The notes below the pieces were generated by a model. The model was not told the origin of the DNA, ran no database searches, and saw only the letters and a list, made by a program, of their open reading frames with translations. Shown piece by piece: positions 45,430 through 54,677 of a stretch of 64,000 nt of DNA. Within the stretch, counting starts at the first letter, position 1, and each line of letters begins with the position of its first letter. The DNA comes from Polyangiaceae bacterium (GTDB lineage Bacteria > Myxococcota_A > Polyangia > Polyangiales > Polyangiaceae), in NCBI GenBank assembly GCA_965222375.1, contig CBDCTZ010000014.1, positions 192,001 through 256,000 of the forward strand, written 5' to 3'. A program made the position numbers and the translations under genes.

Positions 45430-46503
45430 TCACCAACCCGGGTTGACGTCGAAGGCGCTGAAGTTGTCGATGTAGATGTAGGTCAGCTCCGTGAAGCCGC
45501 TGTTGGCCCAGCCGAGGACGTAGCCGTTGTCGATGTAGTTGTCGCTGTCATTGCCGGGATAGATCGGCAACGTGTCATTCTTGTAGACCTGCTTTCCGTC
45601 GATCCACCATTGCATCAAACCGTCGTCGTTCTTCGAAGAGGCGACGCGGAAGTGCATGCGTATCTGCGCCCACTTGCCGCGGTTCACCGTGCCCGGGTCC
45701 GCGTCTGTGACGAACGGGGAAACGCCGCCGCTGTTGTAGGGGCCCGCGGACTTGCCCGGCGCGCTGTACTCGTTGAACAGCCGTGAGTTGCCGCTGCCGC
45801 TGCCGCCAGTCGTGGGTCGGGTGGAGCAGCCGTAGTGAAAGGAGCCACTGTATTTGCCACGCCAGAGCCGCAGGAACTTGTTGTTGTCGCTGCTGACGTC
45901 GTCGCGATGTGCGTAGCGGGCGCTGCCGAGCCCTTCATTTCCAGTTGGGTAGTAGATGTCGAACTCGAGCCAGATCTCCGAGAGGTTGCGGCCGATGCCG
46001 AAGCGCAACTCGGCGAAGCTGTCATCACCGCTGGCGTCGGGGCCGAACTCGAAGCGCAGGGCGCTCTTGTCGCCTTGGCCGTGGGTCGAGGTGACCTGCA
46101 CCTTCTTGTTCGGTGCCCACGAGAAGCCGCCCATCTTGTTGCTGAAGTCGCCACTCGAGAAGTCATCGAAGAAGAACGCCTTGGAACCGCTGCCCCCGGA
46201 GCCGGCTGTGCCGCCACTGCCTGCGCTACCCGCCGAACCAGAGCTGCCGCCCGCGCCCGCGCTGCCTCCCGCGCCGGCGCCGCCAGAAGTGCCAGCACTG
46301 CCACTGCTGCCCCCGCCACTGCCCGACGCGCCGCCGGAGGATGCGCCACCCGTCCCGGCGCCACCGCTGCCGGAACCGTCATCCGAATCCGAGTCGCAGC
46401 CAAGGGGGAGCAGGGTGCAGAGCAGTGCGGCGGCGCCTCGCAATGCGAGCCCGCGAGTACCGAGTTTCGTGGCTATCAAGACAATCGGTCCTTTCAGTTG
46501 CAT
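45430..46503 (-). CDS. Gly-linker lipoprotein with polysaccharide-lyase-like beta-jelly-roll domain
   Basis: Lipobox PLGC; FFDDFSSG, EIWLEFDIYYP, NNKFLRLW, DGLMQWWIDG, YIDNF. Confidence 0.65.
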   Translation of the reverse strand: MQLKGPIVLIATKLGTRGLALRGAAALLCTLLPLGCDSDSDDGSGSGGAGTGGASSGGASGSGGGSSGSAGTSGGAGAGGSAGAGGSSGSAGSAGSGGTAGSGGSGSKAFFFDDFSSGDFSNKMGGFSWAPNKKVQVTSTHGQGDKSALRFEFGPDASGDDSFAELRFGIGRNLSEIWLEFDIYYPTGNEGLGSARYAHRDDVSSDNNKFLRLWRGKYSGSFHYGCSTRPTTGGSGSGNSRLFNEYSAPGKSAGPYNSGGVSPFVTDADPGTVNRGKWAQIRMHFRVASSKNDDGLMQWWIDGKQVYKNDTLPIYPGNDSDNYIDNGYVLGWANSGFTELTYIYIDNFSAFDVNPGW

Positions 46504-47684
46504 CCGATGGGATCGGTGCTGACGACGACGTCGTCGAACCAGGCTTGGTTCGAGTGGCCCTTGGCGTCGGAAGTGGTCAGGTAGTGCTGCAGCCGCACCA
46601 TGTTGAGCCCGAGGTCCTTGGTGGTACGCCACATCATGGTCGTTTCTCGATGGGCAAGCTTGCCGTCGAGCCAGAACGCCATCTCGCCGTTCTTCTGGCC
46701 GATGTCGTTGGCCTTCATCATCATCTCGAGGCAGACCCACTTGCCCTTGGGCAGGGCCACAGCGGGGGAGGGAATGTAGTGATTGCCCCAGCAGCACTCC
46801 GGGCCATTGGCGCAGGCCATGTCCTTTTTGGCGCAGCCGTCGCAGATCGCTTTCGAGTCCGCGTAGCTGTCGCATTTGCTGCCCGAGTCGCACTTCATGT
46901 CGGGGGAATAGGTGTAGAAGAAGGTCTCGTGGCTGCCTGCCTTGAAGTCCACGGTCGTGCCCATGGATCGGTAGCCGTTGGGGCGGCAGCCCGCGTTGCC
47001 ATAGGCGTCCCAGAAGTTCTGGCTACCGCTGATATTGAGGAAGTGGTGCACGCGCTGATGGTCCGCTGCGAGCTTGACGTAGGTGCGGAAGTACAGCTTG
47101 TCGTAGCTCTTCAGGGAACAGCCCGGCTTGTTGGTGCCGGCGCAGGTTCGATAGATCAAATCCGCGCCCTTGTAGCCAGCGCTCGCGGCCGCCGGAAAGT
47201 GCACGGCCCATCCGCCGGAATTGGCGTCGCTCGACGCCTTCATGCGTCCCGAATCGTTAGCGCCGATTTGGTCCGTCCAATCCCAGCCGCTCTTCCAGGC
47301 GTCGAAGCCTGCGGCCATGCCCTCGAAGTCTTCGCAGAAGAGCCAACCCGGCCCAGGGTTATTGCAGTTGTAGCCTGCAGACGAGCCTGCGCCGCCGCCC
47401 GTGTTTCCACTGCCAGCCGTGTTGCCGGTGTTGCCGCTGCCGCCCGCGTTGCCGCTTCCGCCTGCGTTGCCCGCACCCGCGGCGTTGCCGGTGTTGCCCG
47501 TGCCGCCCGCGTTGCCGGCATTTCCGCTTCCACCGGCGTTGCCGCTGGCGCCCGTCCCCGTCGTGCCGCCCGAACCATTCGAGCTGTCACCGTCCGACGA
47601 GCAGGCGGTTGCGACGATGGCGCACAAGCCGGCCGTGACGAGCCAGGAGCGATGGCTTTTGAGGAAATGGAATGCGTCGACCAT
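46494..47684 (-). CDS. Gly/Asn-linker lipoprotein with polysaccharide-lyase-like domain and Cys-rich insert
   Basis: Lipobox ATAC; LFCEDFE, LYFRTYVK, GKWVCLEMMMKAN...GEMAFWLDG, WFDDVVVSTDPIGC. Confidence 0.7.
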   Translation of the reverse strand: MVDAFHFLKSHRSWLVTAGLCAIVATACSSDGDSSNGSGGTTGTGASGNAGGSGNAGNAGGTGNTGNAAGAGNAGGSGNAGGSGNTGNTAGSGNTGGGAGSSAGYNCNNPGPGWLFCEDFEGMAAGFDAWKSGWDWTDQIGANDSGRMKASSDANSGGWAVHFPAAASAGYKGADLIYRTCAGTNKPGCSLKSYDKLYFRTYVKLAADHQRVHHFLNISGSQNFWDAYGNAGCRPNGYRSMGTTVDFKAGSHETFFYTYSPDMKCDSGSKCDSYADSKAICDGCAKKDMACANGPECCWGNHYIPSPAVALPKGKWVCLEMMMKANDIGQKNGEMAFWLDGKLAHRETTMMWRTTKDLGLNMVRLQHYLTTSDAKGHSNQAWFDDVVVSTDPIGCN

Positions 47685-47858
47685 GTTGCGGAGCTTTTTT
47701 GCAGGTTTTGCGCCGCCTGGGTTGAAGCGCGATCCGGGGCAGATCCCGGAAAAACAGAGTTGGCTGCGCCGCGGGGATTTCCAACTGCGATCGATCCATT
47801 CGCGCCGGAGATGCAGCCGACAATGGTTGGATCACCCTCGCGCGGCGCTGGGCTCGCG

Positions 47859-49655
47859 CTAGTTCGTCGGGAATCGGCCGATGTTCACCGGGCCGGAGGC
47901 GCCGGAGTACATGCTGGCGTCCCCGGCGCCGATGAGCGGCGAACCGGCAAAGGGCTTGAAACCGCTGGCCTCGTCTAACTTTGGATTTCCGGTCAGTGAG
48001 TGGCTCTCGCTACCCGCCGGCAAGTTGGAAAACGTCCAGCTCTCCTTCTCGGAGAAGCTGTTGAATACCGAGTAGGCTTTGCCGGCATCGAAGAAGTTGT
48101 AGTCCGTGTCTGCACCTTGAGTGAGGAAGGGCGCCAAGGTGTCGTGCCCCCCGAAACGGACTGCCGCCGTCTTGTACCGCAAGAACACGTTGTTACGGAT
48201 CGTCGTGGCCGGGTCGCCCTTCTGCACCTTGATGCCAAAGTTGACGTCGGCGAACACGTTATTGAAGACGCGGTTGGGGCCAGCGACTTCCCCGGCGCCG
48301 AGGTGACCGAGGTCGAAGCCCGTGTCGCAATTCGTGATCAAGTTCTCCCGCACGGTCCAATCACCTCCGGGGTAGCAGGTGTTGCCCTGGCAGCGTGGGT
48401 GCGTGGCTTCGACGCCGACCATGCTCACGCCGTCGATCACGTTGCCAACGACGTGGACTTTAGACGCGCCGCCCTTCGAACCGACGGCAGCGCGCCCGAA
48501 TTCCGAAAGTGTGTTGCCGCACACCCAGATGTCGCCGTCGGGCTGTTCGCCGGAGAGCATGAAGGTGATGCCCCAGGCGTTCACGGTGTTCCAATACGTG
48601 GTGTCCGCGACCCGATTGTTGATCACGTGACTGCCGTTGGTGCTCCATAGCGCCAGGCCGTAGGCGTTGTTGCCGCCCTGGGCTGCGTTGTGGGCAAGAT
48701 CGTTGTCTTCGATCAGGGCGTAATCGGTTCCTGAGAAGAAGATCGAGGTCCAGTGGGTATGCCGCATGGTCAGGCCCCGCACCACGAAGTAGTCCGAGGC
48801 CTCTACCGTCAGGCCCCCCTGACCGACCTCGAAGGTCTCGCTGGCCACGTTCATTCCGCTGGGTGGATTCAGGTAGATGAAGCAACCCGCGCTGCTGTCA
48901 CCGCAGGCTTTTCCGGCCGCGTCCGCCTTGGTCCACTTGCCTGGCGTCAGCGCCGAGCTGTCCACGTGCCAGTTGGAGCCGAACTTGCCGGACTCGTGGT
49001 CGATGCGCGTTCCTGCGCTGGTCCACATGCCCGCGGGGTCCCTGAGCAGTTTGTCCGCGGGCGCGCGATACAGCCCTCCCGCAACGGCCTCAAAGGACGA
49101 ACCGGCAAACTGCAGCGACCCGTGGATGACCGGTGTGGTTCCAGCATCCGCGCGCAGTACGAAGTACTCGCTGGCGGTTCCCGGGCGAGTGACCTTGACG
49201 CGAGTGCTCCCGGAGGAAAACTCGTCGAATAGGCGATACTCGCCTGCGAGAACTGTGACGACACCCGGCGCTTTGGGGATCGCATTGAACGCAGCAGTGA
49301 AGGTACAGAACGGCTTGTCCTTCGTTCCGCTGCCCCCGTCGTCGCAGCCGCTGACGCCCACGAAGACCTCGGGCCAGCCGCTGCCGATGGCTCCTTGAGG
49401 TGGCTTGGGGCAATCAGCTGTCGTGACCGGGGCTCCCCCGGCGCCCCCGCTGCCGGCAGCGCCCCCGCCGCCGCTCGCACCTCCACCGCCGCTTGCGCCG
49501 GCGCCTCCGCTTGCGCCCCCACTGGCGCCCGTGCCCCCACTTGCGCTGGCGCCGCTGCCCGCGGCGTCTTCGTCGGAGCCGCCGCAGCCACTGGTCGCCA
49601 GCAGCGCCATCAGGCTCGCACCCATCAGAAAACGGCTTGTCGCAAGGTAGGTCAT
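47859..49655 (-). CDS. Gly-linker lipoprotein with right-handed parallel beta-helix (pectin-lyase-like)
   Basis: Lipobox TSGC; GTKDKPFCT; repeated ..N.. beta-helix turns; GSPLIGAG..NIG. Confidence 0.75.
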   Translation of the reverse strand: MTYLATSRFLMGASLMALLATSGCGGSDEDAAGSGASASGGTGASGGASGGAGASGGGGASGGGGAAGSGGAGGAPVTTADCPKPPQGAIGSGWPEVFVGVSGCDDGGSGTKDKPFCTFTAAFNAIPKAPGVVTVLAGEYRLFDEFSSGSTRVKVTRPGTASEYFVLRADAGTTPVIHGSLQFAGSSFEAVAGGLYRAPADKLLRDPAGMWTSAGTRIDHESGKFGSNWHVDSSALTPGKWTKADAAGKACGDSSAGCFIYLNPPSGMNVASETFEVGQGGLTVEASDYFVVRGLTMRHTHWTSIFFSGTDYALIEDNDLAHNAAQGGNNAYGLALWSTNGSHVINNRVADTTYWNTVNAWGITFMLSGEQPDGDIWVCGNTLSEFGRAAVGSKGGASKVHVVGNVIDGVSMVGVEATHPRCQGNTCYPGGDWTVRENLITNCDTGFDLGHLGAGEVAGPNRVFNNVFADVNFGIKVQKGDPATTIRNNVFLRYKTAAVRFGGHDTLAPFLTQGADTDYNFFDAGKAYSVFNSFSEKESWTFSNLPAGSESHSLTGNPKLDEASGFKPFAGSPLIGAGDASMYSGASGPVNIGRFPTN

Positions 49656-49845
49656 GGGGCGGCCCGAGCAGGTTTCGTGCCGCCGCCCGTAAGGGGGGGC
49701 TCCTCGACAAAGCCGAGGCGTCGCAGGCCTCTTTTCGCGCCGAGGTGCGAACGAGTGATTCACGTTTGAAGGCCCGGGTGCGATCGGTTCGATCGCGCCC
49801 GCCCGCGTGGTGTTTTGGGTCGGCGGGCTATGCTACATAGCGCTC

Positions 49846-50184
49846 ATGATTGAGCTCATCTGCAAAAAGACCTGAAGCACCTGTCGCAAGGCGGTCGCTT
49901 TGCTGGACAAGAAAAGGGTCAAGTATCGTTATCGGGAGTACACCCAGGAGCCCTTGACCAAGGCGGAGATCACCAAGGTGCTCAGCATGCTGGGGCTTCG
50001 CGCGGTGGACGTGCTCCGAAAGAACGACGCCGCCTACAAGGAAAACGGGCTGACTGGCAAAGAGCCGCAAGCCAAGCTGATCGGTTTGATGGCCAAGCAC
50101 CCGACGCTTCTGCAGCGCCCCATTGGCATCAAGGGCGGCAAGGCCGTCGTCGGTCGCCCGGTGGAGGCTTTGCTCGAGCTCTGA
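49846..50184 (+). CDS. ArsC/Spx/YffB-like thioredoxin-fold protein, predicted selenoprotein (UxxC)
   Basis: ATG at 49846 is in frame with the track ORF; reads MIELICKKT-TGA-STCRKAVALL; TGA 49873-49875 sits at the first Cys of CSTCRKA; C-terminal HPTLLQRPI...VGRP. Confidence 0.82.
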
Positions 50185-50293
50185 GGCCGAGATCGACCGT
50201 TACTTGGCCGACAAGCCCAGATCGACCGTACTCGGCCGACAACACGCCTCGCTCAAGGTTCCTGAGGCCGCGCCGTTCCTGCCTTTGGAACCC

Positions 50294-51067
50294 ATGGCTC
50301 GACAACACGACCGCGAAGAGGCGACTTGGTCGCCGAAAAGTGACGAAGTCATCATGCAGCGCAAGGAGTTGCGCAAGCTGCTCACAGAGCTTCGACAGCG
50401 TGGAAGCACTCCAGGGATCATGGACCGCCTGGCCGCCTTCTTGCGGCACGAGTCTCTCGGAAAGCCTGCGGCCGTCGCCATCTCCAACCTGGACTACGTG
50501 CTTTCCGAACTGGCGGTCTTCGAGACTTGCACTGAAGCACAGCGGGAGCGGGCCGTGATGGAGATTCGGGCCGCCGTCAACGACGCCTCCGACGGGGTCC
50601 GGAGCATCCGTGATGCCGTGACGGAAATGTCCATCGACAGCTCGGTTCCGGTGGGCTCGGAGGCAGCCCGAAGTGGTTTGCCGGAGGTCCTGCTGATCGA
50701 TGACGAGCCCCGCGTCGGTGCGGCGTTGCAACGTGGTCTCGGAAAGGACTGCGTCATCACTGCTTGTACGAGTGGTGCGGCTGCCCTCGAGCTCCTCGCG
50801 CAGCGAGGGTTCGATGTGATCATCTGTGATCTGTCGCTGCCTCAGATGAGCGGTATCGAAGTCTACGAGCAAATCTCGCAGCGTTGGCCCGAGCAGGCTG
50901 CGCGAATCTTGTTCATCACCGGCGGGGCCGTCGGAGACGGGGAGCGCGGCTTCCTGGCCAAGCATTCGGAGCGAAGCTTTGCCAAGCCCATCAAACTGGC
51001 GGAGCTCCGGGTGGCGATAGGGCGCGTGATGCGCCTGGCAGATGGCCTGAATCGACGCGCGTCGTGA
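50294..51067 (+). CDS. Receiver-domain protein with N-terminal degenerate HisKA-like helices
   Basis: VLLIDDE, DVIICDLSLPQMSG, FITGG, AKPI; N-terminal LAAFLRHESLGKPAAVAISNLDYV. Confidence 0.78.
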   Translation: MARQHDREEATWSPKSDEVIMQRKELRKLLTELRQRGSTPGIMDRLAAFLRHESLGKPAAVAISNLDYVLSELAVFETCTEAQRERAVMEIRAAVNDASDGVRSIRDAVTEMSIDSSVPVGSEAARSGLPEVLLIDDEPRVGAALQRGLGKDCVITACTSGAAALELLAQRGFDVIICDLSLPQMSGIEVYEQISQRWPEQAARILFITGGAVGDGERGFLAKHSERSFAKPIKLAELRVAIGRVMRLADGLNRRAS

Positions 51068-51125
51068 TGTAACGTCGCGTTGCTCGCGAAAATTGGGCGC
51101 GCTGCGCCGCCGGTGGGCGCAAACG

Positions 51126-52483
51126 TCAGTTCACGGTGTTGCCGCTGGCTCCGGGAAGCGCATTGACCTCGGCGGTCGTACTCGCGGTGGTGTTGCCGCA
51201 GATGACCGGGCCTGTCGAGGTGAACTGGTTGGTGGTCAGGGTCGAGGCATCGCATACGGAGCGAGTTTCGTATTCGATGGCCGGCTCGCTCAGGTTCTTG
51301 AAGATGTTGTTGTCGACGGTCAGCGTGAAGTTGTCCCGCCAGTGCTGGTGAATGCCGCGCTTGGTATTGGCGCAGGTGTTGTCACGGTACACCGTGCCCA
51401 TCCCGTCCTTGTCCAACGTTAGGCAGCGTTCATCGATGTCGTGGAAGTTGTTGTCCAGGACCTGAACGCCGTTGGACTCCTCGATGCGGACCGCGTTTCT
51501 GGTCGTGTGGATTTCGTTACCCACGATGACGACGCCAGTCGGTGCGCCGTCCGCACCGACAACGATCGCGGATCCATCCGAGCCCGAGTTCCAAGAGCCG
51601 CAGCCGGAGCCGTCGTCGAAGCAGAACTGAGAGTTGGCTTGGGAGGCCACGTAGCTGTGGAAGGTGTTGCCTTCGATGATGACGTTGTCAGCGTACTTGA
51701 GACCAATGCCGACTTCGCGGTCCGAATGAAACACGTTGTTGCCGATGAAGATCCCGGAGGGGGGAGATGCCGAGCATCCGTGGCAGGCCTGCAACCCATT
51801 CCCACTATTGTGGTGAATGTCACTGTCGAGGATCCAAACGTTTTTCGTGCCTTGACCAATCTGGATGCCGTGGGCGTCCTCCTGATTGCGCTGGTTGTGG
51901 TGGATCTCGGAGCCGGTCACCACGATTTCCGAACCGCCGATGTTCATGCCGTTCTTGGCCTTGGAGCCAAACACCTCGACGTTGCGGAAGACGATATGGT
52001 GCCCGGATGGGCGCGGCTGCATGGCCTCGAATTTGGTATCGATGAAGTAGCACCAGGAGCCGCTGATCTGGAATACGTCGCCGTTGCCCTTCAGGGTACC
52101 GCCGACGATGAACGCGGGCTGCTGTTCGGTGCCCTGACACTCCATGCTGATGTTGTCGCTGGCGGTTTGGCCTTTGAAGTCGAGTACCGTGCCGGCCTTG
52201 ATGGTCGAGGGCAAAGAGCCCGACTCCGTCGCCGCGCCGGGCTCTCGCTTGTAGTCGAAGGGTACTTCCGGGATCGTGGTCAGGCCTGGCTTGGTGCCGC
52301 CACTGCCGCCTCCACCCGTGGCGGAGCTGCCACCGTTGCCGCCTCCACCGGCTCCGGCGCTGCCACCAGAAGCGGAGCTGCCGCCGCCGCCTCCGATCCG
52401 GGGTTGTCATCCGAGTCTTCCCCGCACGCCGTGAGACTGAGCGAGAGCGCGCAGAGCGCTGCGGCGGTGGCGAGTCTAGTCAT
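51126..52483 (-). CDS. Gly-linker lipoprotein with right-handed beta-helix; single frameshift near 52394
   Basis: MTRLATAAALCALSLSLTACGEDSDDNPGS joins GGGGSSASGGS...PSTIKAG if one G is added in TCGGAGGC; beta-helix repeats IHHN. Confidence 0.72.
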
Positions 52484-52619
52484 GGGGAGAATGTCGCAAT
52501 TGACGAGATGGTCTGCAACACGACCGTTCACCGTACGAAGCGTGCACGCACCAGCGTCGGTGACGACTCTGACGACGTCACAGCCAGTTGCTGCGCGTCC
52601 ATCTGCTCCAACCGCAACG

Positions 52620-52679
52620 CGCGCTCCAGCACGAGATTAGGGAGCCAGCGCGCACCAGTGCTCGACCCCCTAAACCCAA
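52620..52679 (-). repeat. Single copy of the dispersed repeat seen at 9242-9371
   Basis: Minus strand TGGGTTTAGGGGGTCGAGCACTGG...CCCTAATCTCG vs plus strand 9240-9287 TGGGTTTGGGGGGTCGAGCACTGG...CCCTAATCTCG. Confidence 0.8.
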
Positions 52680-52681
52680 TC

Positions 52682-54517
52682 TCAACCGAACGCGGCTTCG
52701 GGAATGTCCATGGCGCTGGTGTCGCCGGTGGACAATGCCTGGGCTGCTCCGGGAACGCTCGACAGCGTGTCCTGAGCGAAGAAGCGCGCCGCGCACTTCT
52801 TGCCCTCGTAGAAGGCATAGTCGGCGTCGCCTTCGGACAGTTTCGACTGGGCCTCGAGAGCAATCACGGCTGCGTCGAGCAACAGCCAGCCGATCACGGT
52901 TTGGCTCATCATGTCGAGGAAACGATTGGCGTACAGCGGGATGCGCTGCATTTCGCCGCCACCGAACCAGGCCATGAACTGCATCGCGCCGGCTCCCACG
53001 GCCTCTTGGGCTGCGCCGAGGGCAGCGATGGACGCGCTGAGCTCTGGGTGCGCCTTGTGCTTTTCCACGAAGGCGCCGATGTCGCTGAGCAGGGCCCGGA
53101 AGTTCGCGCCACTGTTTTGCCCCAGCTTGCGGGCGACCAGGTCGAGAGCCTGGATGCCGTTGGTGCCTTCGTAGATGCTGAAGATCTTGGCGTCCCGACA
53201 GTACTGCTCCACGGGGTAGTCCTCGGTGTAGCCCACGCCGCCGTGCACTTGGATTGCGGTTTCAGCGATGCGGAAGGCGCTGTCCGACGAGTACGCTTTG
53301 ATCAGCGGTGTCAGCAGCTCCACCTGGCCGTGGTGGTAGAGGGCCTTTTCGTCATCTTTGCCGGCGAGCACCGTGGCCTGATCGATGTGCCAGGCGGCTT
53401 TGACGATCAGCGCACGAATGCCTTCCACCTGGGCCTTCATGCCGAGCAACATGCGGCGCACGTTGGGGTGCTCGATGATGGGAACGCGAGGAGCCTCGGG
53501 GTCCTTCCAGTTTTGGGTGCTGGCGCCCTGTTTGCGGTCTCGGGCGTAGTCCACGGCGGCAAAGTAGGCCGCGCTCGCGATGCCGAGACCCTGCAGGCCA
53601 ACGCCGATCCGAGCGAAGTTCATCATCTTGAACATCTGGCGGATCCCCTGCTGCTCTTCGGTGCCGCAGAGTTCTCCAATGCACTTTTCGTCGTCGCCGA
53701 ATTGCAGCAGCGCGGTCGACGAGCCGTTGATGCCCATCTTGTGCTCGATGCCCACACACTTGACGTCATTGCTTTCGCCTGTCGTGCCGTCAGGGCTCAC
53801 CTTTTTCTTGGGCACGATGAATAGGGACAGACCCTTGGTGCCTTTGGGTGCCCCCTCGGTACGGGCCAAGACCAGGTGAATGATGTTCTCGGTCATGTCC
53901 TGGTCGCCACCACTGATGAAGAGCTTGGTCCCCGTGATGGTGTAGGTGCCGTCGGCGTTCTTCTTGGCCTTGCTGGCGGCAGCGCCGACGTCGGATCCTG
54001 CTTGGGGCTCCGTCAAGCACATCGTGCCCGCCCACTCGCCGCTGAACATCTTGTGGCAGTAGCGCTCGCGCTGCTCGGGTGTTGCGAAGGCTTCGATCAG
54101 TTCAGCCGCACCCTGAGTCAACCCCGGGTACATATCCAAGGCCGTGTTGGCTCCTGTGGTCAGCTCGCCGGTGAGTGCGACCAGAGTGCGTGGCGCGCCT
54201 TGCCCGCCAAAGTCCGGGGGAATGCCCAGCGTCTTGATGCCGGACTCGTTGAGCTTCTGCCAGGCCTCCTTGAAACCCTTGGGCGCGATGACCTGGCCGT
54301 TTTCCAAGCGGCAGCCCTCTCGATCTCCGACCGCGTTGAGGGGACCGAGGACTTCCGTCGAAAAGCGATACACGCCATCGAGGGTCATCTTGACCTCGTC
54401 CGGCCCCCAGTCTGCGTAGGGCTCCTTGCCGAGCAGGTCTCCAAGGCCAAATTGCTCGAAGAGAACGAAGTTCAGCTCTCGAAGGTCGGCTTTGTAGCGG
54501 TTCTGAGGCTGGGACAT
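52682..54517 (-). CDS. Acyl-CoA dehydrogenase (long FadE5/DmdC-like type)
   Basis: GTMCLTEPQAGSDVG, GTKLFISGG, EHKMGINGS, IQVHGGVGY, IYEGTNGIQALDL. Confidence 0.94.
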   Translation of the reverse strand: MSQPQNRYKADLRELNFVLFEQFGLGDLLGKEPYADWGPDEVKMTLDGVYRFSTEVLGPLNAVGDREGCRLENGQVIAPKGFKEAWQKLNESGIKTLGIPPDFGGQGAPRTLVALTGELTTGANTALDMYPGLTQGAAELIEAFATPEQRERYCHKMFSGEWAGTMCLTEPQAGSDVGAAASKAKKNADGTYTITGTKLFISGGDQDMTENIIHLVLARTEGAPKGTKGLSLFIVPKKKVSPDGTTGESNDVKCVGIEHKMGINGSSTALLQFGDDEKCIGELCGTEEQQGIRQMFKMMNFARIGVGLQGLGIASAAYFAAVDYARDRKQGASTQNWKDPEAPRVPIIEHPNVRRMLLGMKAQVEGIRALIVKAAWHIDQATVLAGKDDEKALYHHGQVELLTPLIKAYSSDSAFRIAETAIQVHGGVGYTEDYPVEQYCRDAKIFSIYEGTNGIQALDLVARKLGQNSGANFRALLSDIGAFVEKHKAHPELSASIAALGAAQEAVGAGAMQFMAWFGGGEMQRIPLYANRFLDMMSQTVIGWLLLDAAVIALEAQSKLSEGDADYAFYEGKKCAARFFAQDTLSSVPGAAQALSTGDTSAMDIPEAAFG

Positions 54518-54677
54518 GGCGTGTGTGCTCCTTTTTCCCCCTCGGAGACCGTCGACAATCTGTGCATGCCGCCGAATGGCGCAATGCGTCGCATTGTCAA
54601 TTTGACGCACGGCAGCATCGGTCGCAACAGCAATATTTGCGGGATTTTGTTCGTCCTCGGCGCTGAAACCCCCAAAT

